From positions 36,595-100,594 of the forward strand of contig JAKPKY010000165.1 of the NCBI GenBank assembly GCA_029553505.1: 64,000 nucleotides of DNA, in the 5' to 3' direction. Shown here piece by piece: positions 16,034 to 26,222 of the stretch (the stretch's first letter is position 1; each line of letters begins with the position of its first letter). Under the pieces are notes generated by a model that was not told the origin of the DNA, ran no database searches, and saw nothing but the letters and a program-made list of their open reading frames with translations. Both the position numbers and the translations under genes were made by a program. Source of the DNA: Planctomycetota bacterium. GTDB taxonomy: Bacteria; Planctomycetota; Phycisphaerae; SM23-33.

Positions 16034-18649
16034 GTGACGCCCGAAAGCCCCGAACAGCTCGACACGCCCGCCATGCGGCAGTACCGGCAGTTCAAGGAGC
16101 AGTACCCGGACTACCTGCTGCTGTTCCGCATGGGCGACTTCTACGAGATGTTCTACGAGGACGCCAAAACGGCCTCCCGCATTCTCGGGCTGGCGCTGAC
16201 CAGCCGGAGCAAGGGCCCGACGGCCGTCCCGCTGGCGGGCCTGCCCTACCACGCCCTGGAAGGCTATCTCGCCCGCCTGATCCGTGCCGGCCAGCGCGTC
16301 GCCATCTGCGAGCAGGTGGAGGACCCCAAACTCGCCAAGGGCCTGGTCAAGCGCGACGTCGTCCGCCTGGTCACGCCCGGCACGCTCACCGAGGAGGAAT
16401 TGCTGGACCAGCGCGAGGGGAACTACCTCGCGGCCGTGTTCGCGCCCACGGCCGGGCGCGAGTCGGCGGGCATCGCCTGGGTGGAGCTGTCCAGCGGGGC
16501 GTTCTGGGCGATGCTCGCGTCGGGCGATCACGTGCTGGACGAGCTGGTGCGGATCGCCCCGGCCGAGGTGATCTACCCCGAGGGCGGCCCGTGGGACGCG
16601 CCGGCCTGGCGCGACCGCCTCCGCCAGACGACCGGCGCGGTTCCCGTCGCGCGTCCGCCGTGGGCGTTCGACGCGCACGCAGCCGGCGAGACGCTCCGCA
16701 GGCACTTCCGGGCGGCCACCCTCCAGGGTTTCGGCTTCGACGGGTGGGACGAGAGCCTCTCGGCCGCGGGGGCGATCCTCGAATACCTCCACGAGACGCA
16801 GCGGACCGCGCTGGAGCACATCCGCTCGCTGCGGAAGTTCGACCGGTCGGACCACATGGCCATCGACGGAAACACGCTCCGCTGCCTGGAGATTCACCGC
16901 ACGCTGCGGGGCAACCGGCGCGAGGGGAGCCTGCTGTCGTGCGTGGACCAGACGCGCACGGGGATGGGCGCCCGCCTGCTGGAGCGCTGGCTGACGTTCC
17001 CGCTGACGCGGTACAGCGACATCGTCGCCCGCCAGGACGCCGTCGAGCAGCTTGCATCGGACCGGGCGCGCCTCGGGCGCGTCCGCGAACTGCTGGGCGG
17101 CGTGTCGCAGATCGACCGGATCGCCGCGAACATCGCCATGCGCCGCGTCCGCCCGCGCGAGCTGGTGGCGCTGGGGCAGACCTGCCGGGCGCTGCCCGCC
17201 CTGGCGGCCGAGACGGGCGCCCTCGACGCCGACCTGTTCGCGCGCCTCGCGCCGAGCCTGACCGGCCTGGACGGCCCGGCCGAGCTGATCGAGCGCAGCA
17301 TCGACCCCGACTGCCCCAACGTCCTGCGCGAGGGCGGGGTGATCGCCCCGGGCTTTCACGAGGAACTCGACCGCCTGCGCCGCATCGGCGCCGACGGGCA
17401 AAGCTGGCTGGCGACCTACCAGGCCGAACAGACCCGCCGCACCGGCATCAACACCCTGAAGGTCGGATACAACAAGGTCTTCGGCTACTACATCGAGGTG
17501 ACCAACGTCCACGCGGAGAAGGTCCCGCCCGACTACGTCCGCAAGCAGACGCTCAAGAACGCCGAGCGCTACATCACCGACGAGCTGAAGCGCTACGAGA
17601 GCGAAGTCCTCACGGCCGGCGAGAGGGCGCGCCAGCTCGAGGCGGAAATCTTCGAGCAGGTCCGCGCCGCGCTGGCGGAGCACATTCCGGCCATCCAGGC
17701 GGCGGCAGACGCGCTGGCCGCGCTCGACGCGCTGGGCTCGATGGCGACGCTGGCCGCCGAACGCGGATACACGCGCCCCACGATCACCCAGGACAACGTG
17801 CTGCACATCGTCGCCGGGCGGCACCCCGTGCTGGCTGAGCAACTCCGCGAGAAGTTCGTCCCCAACGACGTCCACATGGAAGCGAAGGACGACCGCCTGC
17901 TGATCATCACGGGCCCGAACATGGCCGGCAAGAGCACCTACATCCGCCAGGCGGCGCTGCTGGTGCTGCTGGCGCAGACGGGGAGCTTCATCCCGGCTGA
18001 GCAGGCCGTCATCGGGCTCGCCGACCGCATCTTCACGCGCGTCGGGGCAGCCGACGAGCTGACGGCCGGGCTGAGCACCTTCATGGTCGAGATGATCGAG
18101 ACCGCCAACATCCTCAACAACGCCACCCCGCGCTCGCTGGTGATCCTCGACGAGGTGGGGCGCGGCACGAGCACCTACGACGGGCTGGCGCTGGCCTGGG
18201 CCATCAGCGAGCACCTCGCCCTGCGCGTCCGGTGCCGCGCGCTGTTCGCCACGCACTACCACGAGCTGACCGAGCTGGAAAGCCTGCTGGACGGCACGAA
18301 GAACCTCAACGTCGCCGTCCGCGAATGGGCCGACGAGGTGATCTTCCTGCACAAGATCGTCGAGGGCGGCTGCGACCAGTCCTACGGCGTGCACGTGGCG
18401 CGACTGGCGGGCGTGCCGAAGGAGGTCATCGACCGCGCGCGGGCCATCCTGCCGCAGCTCCAGGCGCACCTGGCCGAGGGCCTGGACATGCCCGAGCTGG
18501 CCCGCAGGGCGCAGGCGGCCGCGGCGCAGATGCAACTGTTCGCCGACCCCGCCACCCGCGTCGCGCGGGAACTCCAACACGCCGACCTGGACAACCTCAC
18601 GCCCCTCGCCGCCCTCGACCTGCTGCGGAAACTCAAGGCGGAGCTGTAA
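16034..18649 (+). CDS. mutS: DNA mismatch repair protein MutS
   Basis: N-terminal mismatch-binding motif (GDFYEMFYEDA), Walker A (GPNMAGKSTY), STFMVEM, and HTH-like C-terminus. About 870 aa. Confidence 0.95.
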   Translation: MTPESPEQLDTPAMRQYRQFKEQYPDYLLLFRMGDFYEMFYEDAKTASRILGLALTSRSKGPTAVPLAGLPYHALEGYLARLIRAGQRVAICEQVEDPKLAKGLVKRDVVRLVTPGTLTEEELLDQREGNYLAAVFAPTAGRESAGIAWVELSSGAFWAMLASGDHVLDELVRIAPAEVIYPEGGPWDAPAWRDRLRQTTGAVPVARPPWAFDAHAAGETLRRHFRAATLQGFGFDGWDESLSAAGAILEYLHETQRTALEHIRSLRKFDRSDHMAIDGNTLRCLEIHRTLRGNRREGSLLSCVDQTRTGMGARLLERWLTFPLTRYSDIVARQDAVEQLASDRARLGRVRELLGGVSQIDRIAANIAMRRVRPRELVALGQTCRALPALAAETGALDADLFARLAPSLTGLDGPAELIERSIDPDCPNVLREGGVIAPGFHEELDRLRRIGADGQSWLATYQAEQTRRTGINTLKVGYNKVFGYYIEVTNVHAEKVPPDYVRKQTLKNAERYITDELKRYESEVLTAGERARQLEAEIFEQVRAALAEHIPAIQAAADALAALDALGSMATLAAERGYTRPTITQDNVLHIVAGRHPVLAEQLREKFVPNDVHMEAKDDRLLIITGPNMAGKSTYIRQAALLVLLAQTGSFIPAEQAVIGLADRIFTRVGAADELTAGLSTFMVEMIETANILNNATPRSLVILDEVGRGTSTYDGLALAWAISEHLALRVRCRALFATHYHELTELESLLDGTKNLNVAVREWADEVIFLHKIVEGGCDQSYGVHVARLAGVPKEVIDRARAILPQLQAHLAEGLDMPELARRAQAAAAQMQLFADPATRVARELQHADLDNLTPLAALDLLRKLKAEL

Positions 18650-18654
18650 GAAGG

Positions 18655-18735
18655 AACCGGGAACAAGGGAACAAGGGAACCCGGGAAGACAGAAGCCCGG
18701 CGCGCTGGAATTCCGGGTTCCTTGTTCCTCTGTTC
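18655..18735. repeat. family-D palindromic repeat (GGAACAAGGGAACCCGG ... CCGGGTTCCTTGTTCC)
   Basis: Long imperfect inverted repeat between convergent mutS and trpB. Related copies at about 31513-31600 (opposite orientation) and 34843-34930. Confidence 0.65.
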
Positions 18736-18781
18736 CGTGTTCCTTCTTCCTTCGTGTAATTCGTGGACGGATTTCTTTTCT

Positions 18782-20002
18782 TCAGACGGATTCCCCGCGG
18801 CGGCGGAGGATTTCGGCGATCTCGTTGCAGTCCTTGTCGCCGCGCCCGGAGAGGTTGATCAGGAGGATCTTGTCCTTGCCCAGCGTGGGGGCCAGGCGGA
18901 GCGCCTCGGCCACCGCGTGCGACGACTCCAGCGCGGGGATGATCCCCTCGGACCGCGAGAGGGTCATGAGGGCGGAGATGGCGTCGTCGTCGCTGCACGC
19001 GGTGTAGCGGACGCGCCCGGAGTCCTTCCAGTAGGCGTGTTCCGGGCCGACGCCGGGGTAGTCCAGCCCGGCCGAGACGCTGTGCACCGGCGCGGTCTGC
19101 CCGTCGGCGTCCTGGAGGATGTAGCTCAGCGTGCCGTGCAGCACGCCGGGCGAACCCGCGCAGAGGCTGGCGGCGTGGTCGCCGAGTTTCATGCCGCGCC
19201 CGCCGGCCTCCACGCCGACCATGGCCACGGAGGCGTCGTCGATCATCGGCTTGAACAGGCCCGACGCGTTGGACCCGCCGCCGACGCAGGCGACCAGGAC
19301 GTCGGGCAGTCGTCCCTCGGCCGCGAGCATCTGCTCGCGCGCCTCGCGGCCGATGACGGCCTGGAACTCCGTGACGATCTTCGGGAACGGGTGCGGCCCG
19401 GCCACCGTGCCCAGCACGTAGTGCGTGTGGCCCACGCTGCCCATCCAGTCGCGCATCGCCTCGTTGAGCGCGTCCTTGAGCGTGCATTGCCCGGTGGTCA
19501 CGGGCACGACGCGCGTGCCCAGCAGCTTCATGCGGAAGACGTTGAGCGCCTGGCGGCGGATGTCCTCGGTGACCATGTAGACGTCGCAGTCTAGGCCGAA
19601 GACGGCCGCAGCCGTCGCCGTCGCCACGCCGTGCTGCCCGGCGCCGGTCTCGGCGATGAGGCGCTTCTTGCCCATGCGCACGGCCAGCAGCGCCTGACCG
19701 AGCGTGTTGTTGATCTTGTGCGCGCCGGTGTGGTTCATGTCCTCGCGCTTGAGGTAGATCTTCGCGCCGCCGAGCTGCGCGGTGAGGCGGCGGCAGAAGT
19801 ACAGCTCGCTGGGCCGCCCGGCGATCTGGCGATAGCAGCGGTCGAGTTCGGCGCGGAAGGCGGCGTCGGCCATCGCGGCTTCGTACTCGCGGTCGAGCTG
19901 GGCCAGCGCGCCCATGAGCGTCTCGGGGACGAACTGCCCGCCGTAGGGGCCGAAGTATCCCTCGCGCGGCGCGGCGGAAGATGGACGTTTTTTGGTGGTC
20001 AT
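18782..20002 (-). CDS. trpB: tryptophan synthase beta subunit
   Basis: [12 protein letters not shown]-lysine motif, GGGSNA, and other TrpB hallmarks. 406 aa. Confidence 0.95.
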   Translation of the reverse strand: MTTKKRPSSAAPREGYFGPYGGQFVPETLMGALAQLDREYEAAMADAAFRAELDRCYRQIAGRPSELYFCRRLTAQLGGAKIYLKREDMNHTGAHKINNTLGQALLAVRMGKKRLIAETGAGQHGVATATAAAVFGLDCDVYMVTEDIRRQALNVFRMKLLGTRVVPVTTGQCTLKDALNEAMRDWMGSVGHTHYVLGTVAGPHPFPKIVTEFQAVIGREAREQMLAAEGRLPDVLVACVGGGSNASGLFKPMIDDASVAMVGVEAGGRGMKLGDHAASLCAGSPGVLHGTLSYILQDADGQTAPVHSVSAGLDYPGVGPEHAYWKDSGRVRYTACSDDDAISALMTLSRSEGIIPALESSHAVAEALRLAPTLGKDKILLINLSGRGDKDCNEIAEILRRRGESV

Positions 20003-20214
20003 AGACGGTTCCTCGTGACGGCGAATATACCCCGCGGCGGGGGGAAAAACACCTCGCGGCAGGGGGGAAAAATGGTCGAAAAATCGTCGGAAAAGGGCGC
20101 GGAAAGGGCGTTTAGTGGCGCAAAAAGCGCCACGGCCGGGGGGAAAACCGCGCTGCGCGGACGGTTGGACGACCCTCGATCATGGGCGCATCGTATCGCG
20201 CGCGGCGCGGCGAG

Positions 20215-21510
20215 TCAACCGGATCGGCGCGCGGCCGTGACCGCCGCGCCGGCCGAGAGACCCGCCAGGAAACCGGTGGCGAACGCGCACTGGAGGTTGA
20301 ATCCGCCGCATGGGCCGTCGAGGTCCAGCAACTCGCCGGCGAAGTGCAACCCCTCGACCAGCCGGCTGGCCAGCGAGCGCGGATCGACCTGCCGCAGCGC
20401 CACGCCGCCGCGCGTAACCATCGCGGCGGCCCAGCCTTCCGTGCCGGTGACGGTCAGGCGGCAGGCGTGGAGTTCCCCGGCCAGCGCGCGGGCCTGCTCG
20501 CCGGTCAGGTGGGCCGCGAGCGTCTCGGCCGCAACGCCCGCGTGGTCGCACAGTGCCGCGGCCAGCGCCGCCGGCAGGCGCTCGGCCAGCAGCGCCCGGA
20601 CGTGCCGCCGCCCGGCCCGCCGCCGCCAATCGTCCATGCGGCGCAGGGATTCGCCGCGCGGCGCGTCCGGCGCAAAGTCAAACAAGATAGGCACTTCCGC
20701 GCAGTCCGCCAACAGTTCCGCCACCTCGCCCGACAGGTCCAGCACCGCCGGTCCGGACACGCCGCGGTGCGTGAACAGCACGTCGCCGAGTTCGCCGCGC
20801 CGCGACTGGCCGGGCAGGCCGACACGCACCCGCGCGGGCGCGCTGACGCCTGCCAACTTGCGGCACCAGCGTTCGGCCGTGACCAGCGGAACCAGCGCGG
20901 GCGTCGGCGCGACCAGTACGTGTCCGGCCTGGCGGGCCAGGGCGTATCCGCCGCCGGTGCCGCCGAGTCGCGCGTAGCTGCGTCCGCCGGTGGCCAGCAC
21001 GACGGTCCGCGCAGCCAGCGCCGCTCCGCCCACGCGCACGCCGGTCACGCGCCCGGCCTCGATGCACAGCGCCTCGACGCGCGCGCCGGTTCGCAGCGTC
21101 GCGCCGAGTTGCTCGCACCGGCGGCGCAGCGCCGTCTGCACGGTGGCCGCGCGGTTCGACGCCGGATACACCTGCCCGCTACCGGCCACATGGGTCGGCA
21201 CGTCCAGCCCGGCCAGCATCGCGCGGAGCTTCTCGCAACCGAGCGCCTCCAGCGCCGCCGACAGGAACCGCCCCTCGCGCCCGAACCGCGCCATGAACTC
21301 GCCTGCCGGCAGCGTGTTGCTCAGGTTGCACCGCCCGCCGCCGCTGGCCAGCAGCTTGGCCCCCGCGCGGTCGAGCTGCTCGAGCATCACGACGCGCGCG
21401 CCGCACTGGCCAGCCGCGATGGCCGCCAGCATCCCCGCCGCCCCGGCCCCGACGACGATCACGTCCGTCGCGTCCGCCGGCGGCGCATGGTTCCCGTCGT
21501 CGCGCGTCAC
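20215..21510 (-). CDS. FAD-dependent oxidoreductase, HI0933/YhiN ('aminoacetone oxidase') family
   Basis: [19 protein letters not shown] dinucleotide-binding motif near the N-terminus. GTG start at 21510 overlaps the upstream stop (GTGA). The N-terminal 220 residues of the ORF-table entry are antisense overlap and rejected. Confidence 0.7.
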   Translation of the reverse strand: MTRDDGNHAPPADATDVIVVGAGAAGMLAAIAAGQCGARVVMLEQLDRAGAKLLASGGGRCNLSNTLPAGEFMARFGREGRFLSAALEALGCEKLRAMLAGLDVPTHVAGSGQVYPASNRAATVQTALRRRCEQLGATLRTGARVEALCIEAGRVTGVRVGGAALAARTVVLATGGRSYARLGGTGGGYALARQAGHVLVAPTPALVPLVTAERWCRKLAGVSAPARVRVGLPGQSRRGELGDVLFTHRGVSGPAVLDLSGEVAELLADCAEVPILFDFAPDAPRGESLRRMDDWRRRAGRRHVRALLAERLPAALAAALCDHAGVAAETLAAHLTGEQARALAGELHACRLTVTGTEGWAAAMVTRGGVALRQVDPRSLASRLVEGLHFAGELLDLDGPCGGFNLQCAFATGFLAGLSAGAAVTAARRSG

Positions 21511-23435
21511 CAGCCTCCGCCTCCGCCCCCGCCGCCTCCGCCGCCGGAAGAGCCGCCCCCGCCCGATCCGCTGCGCGAGGGCGAGGTGGACGCCGCGCTC
21601 AGCGCCCCGCTGAAGCCCGTGCCCAGCGACGAGGCGAACGCCCCGGCCCCTCCGGCCGCGAGCACCGCCCCCGCCGACCACAGCGTCGCGTCCCGCGCCG
21701 CAGCCGCATCGCGCCCCGCCGCGGCCAGCACGCCCTCGAACTTCGCGCCCCACTCGTTCTCCACGCCCAGCGCGATCGCGTACGGCAGGTATCGCTCGAA
21801 CAGTTCGGGCGTCTTTTCCGGCGGGGTGGCGGCGTTCAGCAGGTCGGCCTCTGCCGTCGCCAGGTACATGCGGAAGCCCTCGATGCGGTCCAGGACGGCC
21901 CGCCCTTCGACGGTCGGCGCCTTCAGCAGGTGGTAGAACATCGCGTTCAGGACGATCAGTCCCACGAAGACGCCCATCATCCACGGCCCGCCGAGCATCG
22001 CCGCGAAGACCAGCCCCACCACTTCCCCGGCGAAAAACGGAACCGCGAACGCCGTCGCGATCACCGCCGCGACGCCGCGCCCCACTTTCTTTCCGATCCC
22101 GCCGCGCCGCCTCACGTCGCGCCAGGCCGCGACCACCTGCCTGCCCAGCATGGCGACGCCGAAACTCCATCCCGTCAGCCAGACCAGGAGGAACAGCAGT
22201 CCGATCTTCCGCGCCCCCGGCGCCGCGAGGGCAGCCGCCGCCAGCATCACGGCCGACAGCGCCACCCCCGCGATCAGCAGCGCGCGGTTGGCGACGAACA
22301 GGCGCTTCTCATAGGCCGCCGAGAGGGCCTTCTTGAGCGCCTTGATCGCCGCCTGGAACCGGGCGTGGTGCGCCTGCTTGACGTCGATGGGCGGCGAGAG
22401 TTTTTCCAGCGCGACGCGCTCCTCCTCGCAGAGCGGGCGGCGCTTCTGCGCCCGCGACGGGCCCAGGCGGTATTCGCCGCCGACGGGTTCCTCGATGGCG
22501 ACGTGCCCCTTGGCGGCAGCGCCGACGACGGCCGCGACGAAACAGACGCGGTCGAAGCCGAGTTTCCAGACAAAGCGCACCGCAGCCGCGGAGAGGTTCT
22601 CCGGCGGCTCGAACAGCGGGACGATCAACCCTTCCGCCGGGTCGCGCCCGACGCGACACCACGTCACGAAGTAGTAGCCCAACACCGCCAGCACCGCCGC
22701 CAGCCCCACGGCCAGGTGCGCGTTGTCGAACAGCGCGTCGGCGAACATCTCCGCCGGCGTCGGCGCGGGCACGAGGCCCGTGGGAAAGCTCACGACGAGG
22801 GTCAAACCTTCGCCCTTGGCCAGCGGGGCGGTGGTGACGACGGTCGGCCGGCCTGATGCGTCGAACCCCGCCCGCCAGTCCTTGCCCTTTCCGCCGGCGG
22901 GCCCGGTGTAGGCCTCCGTCCTGATCTTCGCGCGATCGGCGCCGCCCGGCAGCGTCACCGTCGCTGACGCCTCGTCGATGGGAAAGTTCCAGAAGTTGCC
23001 CGTCACGTTCCAGTACAGTTCGTCGTGGTCGGAGAAGAACCGCAGTTGCCCGCCGGTGCGGTAGGTGATCGTGTAGGTGTAGACCCCCGGTTGCAGCAGG
23101 ACATTCTCGCGCCCGGCGTAGACGCGGAGGGAGTCGCTCTCCTCCTTGCAGTGGTACGCCTCGGGCGCCCCGTCGCGCAGCACGCGGACGATCTTCACCG
23201 GGCGGGCGTCCAGCGTGTAAGCCCTGCCGCGAAAGACCGTCGGGATGTCGCGGTAGATGCCGCGCCGGATCTCCTTGCCCTCGGCGCGGACGCGGATCGT
23301 CTCGGTGACGGTCAGCCAACCGTCGGTGTGCACCTCGATGTCGCTGTGGTAGCGGAGAATCCGCTCGTCGCCCCGCGCCGCCGCGCAGGCGAGCCCCAGC
23401 GCCATCGCCGCGAACGCCAATCGTTTGCGCGTCAT
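21507..23435 (-). CDS. DUF2207-family membrane protein with C-terminal poly-Gly/Ser tail
   Basis: Signal/TM at N-terminus, large extracytoplasmic domain, multiple C-terminal TM helices, terminal [18 protein letters not shown] typical of DUF2207. Start at [14 protein letters not shown]. Confidence 0.6.
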   Translation of the reverse strand: MTRKRLAFAAMALGLACAAARGDERILRYHSDIEVHTDGWLTVTETIRVRAEGKEIRRGIYRDIPTVFRGRAYTLDARPVKIVRVLRDGAPEAYHCKEESDSLRVYAGRENVLLQPGVYTYTITYRTGGQLRFFSDHDELYWNVTGNFWNFPIDEASATVTLPGGADRAKIRTEAYTGPAGGKGKDWRAGFDASGRPTVVTTAPLAKGEGLTLVVSFPTGLVPAPTPAEMFADALFDNAHLAVGLAAVLAVLGYYFVTWCRVGRDPAEGLIVPLFEPPENLSAAAVRFVWKLGFDRVCFVAAVVGAAAKGHVAIEEPVGGEYRLGPSRAQKRRPLCEEERVALEKLSPPIDVKQAHHARFQAAIKALKKALSAAYEKRLFVANRALLIAGVALSAVMLAAAALAAPGARKIGLLFLLVWLTGWSFGVAMLGRQVVAAWRDVRRRGGIGKKVGRGVAAVIATAFAVPFFAGEVVGLVFAAMLGGPWMMGVFVGLIVLNAMFYHLLKAPTVEGRAVLDRIEGFRMYLATAEADLLNAATPPEKTPELFERYLPYAIALGVENEWGAKFEGVLAAAGRDAAAARDATLWSAGAVLAAGGAGAFASSLGTGFSGALSAASTSPSRSGSGGGGSSGGGGGGGGGGGW

Positions 23436-23733
23436 GGATTCCTGTCCAATGAGTGAAGAAGAGTTCGAAGTTCGGAGTTCGTAGTACGAAGTCATCTCGT
23501 CATGCCCTGCGATCTTTGCTCTTTTCCGAAACAGCGCCGGCGCGGGAGGGAAAACGCCTCGAACGGCTTGCGGTTCGGCGTGGTCATATCTTTTTCGCGC
23601 GTCCCGGCGACCGCTCCCTCACGGTCGCGGCTCTGTAAGAGGCGCGCCGGACCTTCCCCTCTATTGCCTACTGCCTATTGCCACTTTTTCCACTCACCAC
23701 TCACCACTATCCACTATGCACTCGTCACTCTCT

Positions 23734-24336
23734 TCACACTTCCACTTTCGGCGCGTCGCGGTGGGTGGCGGTCTCGATCTCGAAGAACTCCGCCCGCGCG
23801 AACCCGAACGCCCGCGCCACGAGGTTTCCGGGGAACGACTCGACGAGGATGTTGTAGTTGCGCGCGGCCCCGTTGTAGTACCGCCGGGCCATCTGGATCT
23901 GGTCCTCGATGTCCGCCAGCTGCGTCTGGAGGTCGAGGAAGCTCCGGCTGGCCTTCAGGTCGGGGTACGCCTCGGCCAGCGCGAACAGCCCGCGGAGCTG
24001 GTCGGTCAGGGCGTTCTCGTCGGTGCGGCGCCGGGCGAGGGTCTCGTCGGCCGCGGCCTGGCTGCGCAGCGCCGCGACCCGTTCCAGCACGGCCTGCTCG
24101 TGCCGGCTGTAGCCCTTGACGCACTCCAGCAGGTTGGGCACCAGGCTGTGACGGCGCTTGAGCTGCACGTCCACGCCGCTCCAGCCTTCCCGCAGGAGGT
24201 TCCGCGCGCGGACCAGGCGATTGAACGCGACGACGATCCACAGGCCCAGCCCCACCGTCGCCAGCACCGCCAGAGTCCACGGAAGGGAGACATTCATTGC
24301 GATCATGCCGACAGCAGACACCATCGCCCAGCCCAT
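23734..24336 (-). CDS. lemA: LemA-family protein
   Basis: Single N-terminal TM helix followed by the LemA core (FNRLVRARN...AEAYPDLKASRSFLDLQTQL...YYNGAARNYN). A start at an internal Met (24306 or 24297) is possible. Confidence 0.8.
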   Translation of the reverse strand: MGWAMVSAVGMIAMNVSLPWTLAVLATVGLGLWIVVAFNRLVRARNLLREGWSGVDVQLKRRHSLVPNLLECVKGYSRHEQAVLERVAALRSQAAADETLARRRTDENALTDQLRGLFALAEAYPDLKASRSFLDLQTQLADIEDQIQMARRYYNGAARNYNILVESFPGNLVARAFGFARAEFFEIETATHRDAPKVEV

Positions 24337-24596
24337 GTCAACCGGCGGGTAGGGTGCGTGGCGCAGCTGGGTGCCACACATGCCTCCGGCGTGCGTGCTT
24401 CGGAAAAGGTTACACGCACAACGGAGTTGTGCGTGGCACCCGGCGTCAAAGAATTTCGCAGGGATGAACGCGGAGATGCGCGGATGGTTTGAAAATTTCC
24501 TGTCCGCGTTCCTCCTGTTGATCCCTGCGAATTGTCTTGGGGAATAAAACATAGCCGAACGGCAAGCCGTACGGCTGCATGGTGGGAACCGGGAAG

Positions 24597-24640
24597 GTGC
24601 GTGGCGTCGCAAGAACACTGCTTGCGAGCAAGCAGTGCCA
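24597..24640. repeat. single-hairpin REP, family-B half element (AACACTGCTTGCGAGCAAGCAGTGCCACCC)
   Basis: Near-identical copy at about 35097-35133. Confidence 0.6.
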
Positions 24641-24671
24641 CCCGTCTTTGTCCGAGCCGCGGGACCGCGCC

Positions 24672-26153
24672 TTACAGTTCCGGCAGGTTTACGTCGTCGC
24701 CGGTGCGGCGTTGCCACTGGCGGATGCGCCCCAGCAGCTCGCGCATGCGCGGGCGCTGGTCGGGTCGGCCGGCGAGGTTCCGCGTCTCCAACGGATCGGC
24801 GTTCAGGTCGTACAGCTCGTGCTCGCCGCAGGTCGAGACGTTCAGTTTCCAGCCGTCGGGAGTGAGAACCGTCCGCGACGGCGCCTGGACGGACCGGGCG
24901 ATTTGTTCCGGCGAGCCGAGGTCCACCAGGTCCTGCGGGAGGGCCTTTTCGAGCCAGCCTCGGGCGGCTGCGGCGTCCCAGATTCCGCTGTCGGTCCCGT
25001 TCCACTCGACGAACACGTCGCGCGCGGGCTCGGCGCCGCCTTCCAGCACCCCGCGAAGCGACTCGCCCGGCAAATTCGCCGGCGCATCGTCGCTGAGCAG
25101 GTCCGTCAGGGTGGGCGCCAGGTCCACGTGCCCGACCGGCGCCGCGACGCGGCGGGCGCTGCGCTGCCCCGGCAGGCGGACCAGAAGCGGCACGCGGAGC
25201 GCTTCCTCGAACAGGACGCACTTGGCCAGCAGGCGATGGCTGCCCATCATGTCGCCGTGGTCGGACGTGTAGACCACGACGGTCTCGTCGGCCTGGCCCG
25301 TCTCGTCGAGGGCGTCGAGAATGCGCCCGACGTGCGTGTCCACCAGGCTGACCAGGCCGTAGTAGTTGGCGATCATCCGGCGCCAGTCGTCGGTCGTCCG
25401 CAGCGGCAACCCGCTGTGACCGAGCTCACGATAGGCGCGTGCGAAGGCGCGGGTCTTGAGCGGCTGGTCCGCCGTCGGCGCGGCGTCGAAGTTCGCCGGC
25501 AGCGGAATGTCCGCCGGGTCGTACTGCCCGTCGCGCGGGCCGAAAAACGGCATGTGCGGCTGGAGAAAATTCACGAACAGCACCCAGGGCCGCCCGCGAT
25601 TGACCCGGATGAATTCCCCCGCCGTCTCGGCGAGATAGGCCGGCTTGGAAAGTTCCTCCGGGAACCGGGCGGTCTCGTAGCGGCTGAACCGGTCCCTCTT
25701 TTCCGGCCGCTTGCCGTGGGAAATCAGCCAGTGGTGATAGCTGCTGCGGGCCTCCGCGTCGCGGCCCGCCGAGAAGTATTCGGCGTATCCGTCCTCGATG
25801 GCCCGCCAGTGGTCGAACCCGTGTTGGGCCCAGATCTCGTCGCCCAGGTGCCACTTGCCGTGGTGGCCCGCGACGTATCGGCCGGGCGGGAGCATCTCCG
25901 GCAGGCAGGGGACCTCCGCCGGCAGCGGCACGTTGTTCGCCGTGCACCCGTTCTGGTGCGGATACAGGCCCGTCAGCAGCGACGACCGCGACGGCGTGCA
26001 GACCGGCTGCGTGACGTACGCCCGCTGGAACAGCGTGCTCTGCGACGCCAGGCGGTCGAGGTTGGGCGTCTGGATGACTCCGTTGCCGTACGCGCCGAGC
26101 GTGTCGGCGCGCTGCTCGTCGGTGTAGAGGAACAGGAGGTTGGGCATGGGCAT
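24672..26153 (-). CDS. sulfatase (formylglycine-dependent arylsulfatase family), no signal peptide
   Basis: CTPSRSSLLTG (C-x-P-x-R sulfatase signature) near the N-terminus and GKWHLG motif. Begins MPMPNLLFLYTDEQ, i.e. no leader. Confidence 0.9.
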   Translation of the reverse strand: MPMPNLLFLYTDEQRADTLGAYGNGVIQTPNLDRLASQSTLFQRAYVTQPVCTPSRSSLLTGLYPHQNGCTANNVPLPAEVPCLPEMLPPGRYVAGHHGKWHLGDEIWAQHGFDHWRAIEDGYAEYFSAGRDAEARSSYHHWLISHGKRPEKRDRFSRYETARFPEELSKPAYLAETAGEFIRVNRGRPWVLFVNFLQPHMPFFGPRDGQYDPADIPLPANFDAAPTADQPLKTRAFARAYRELGHSGLPLRTTDDWRRMIANYYGLVSLVDTHVGRILDALDETGQADETVVVYTSDHGDMMGSHRLLAKCVLFEEALRVPLLVRLPGQRSARRVAAPVGHVDLAPTLTDLLSDDAPANLPGESLRGVLEGGAEPARDVFVEWNGTDSGIWDAAAARGWLEKALPQDLVDLGSPEQIARSVQAPSRTVLTPDGWKLNVSTCGEHELYDLNADPLETRNLAGRPDQRPRMRELLGRIRQWQRRTGDDVNLPEL

Positions 26154-26222
26154 ACTGTACCATCCCCCGCCACCGCGTCAACCGGGCGATGTTTCGCCGC
26201 GAATTTCGCGAAGGACACAAAC

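Noticed and set aside
15179-18580. 1133-aa minus-strand ORF
   Set aside because: Exactly antisense to mutS, which has unmistakable motifs; composition is Arg/Ala/Gly/Val-dominated.
20182-21936. 584-aa + ORF and the N-terminal 220 residues of the 651-aa minus ORF
   Set aside because: Overlap the flavoprotein and DUF2207 genes; the flavoprotein's Rossmann motif starts right after a GTG that overlaps the upstream stop, so the upstream extension is not coding.
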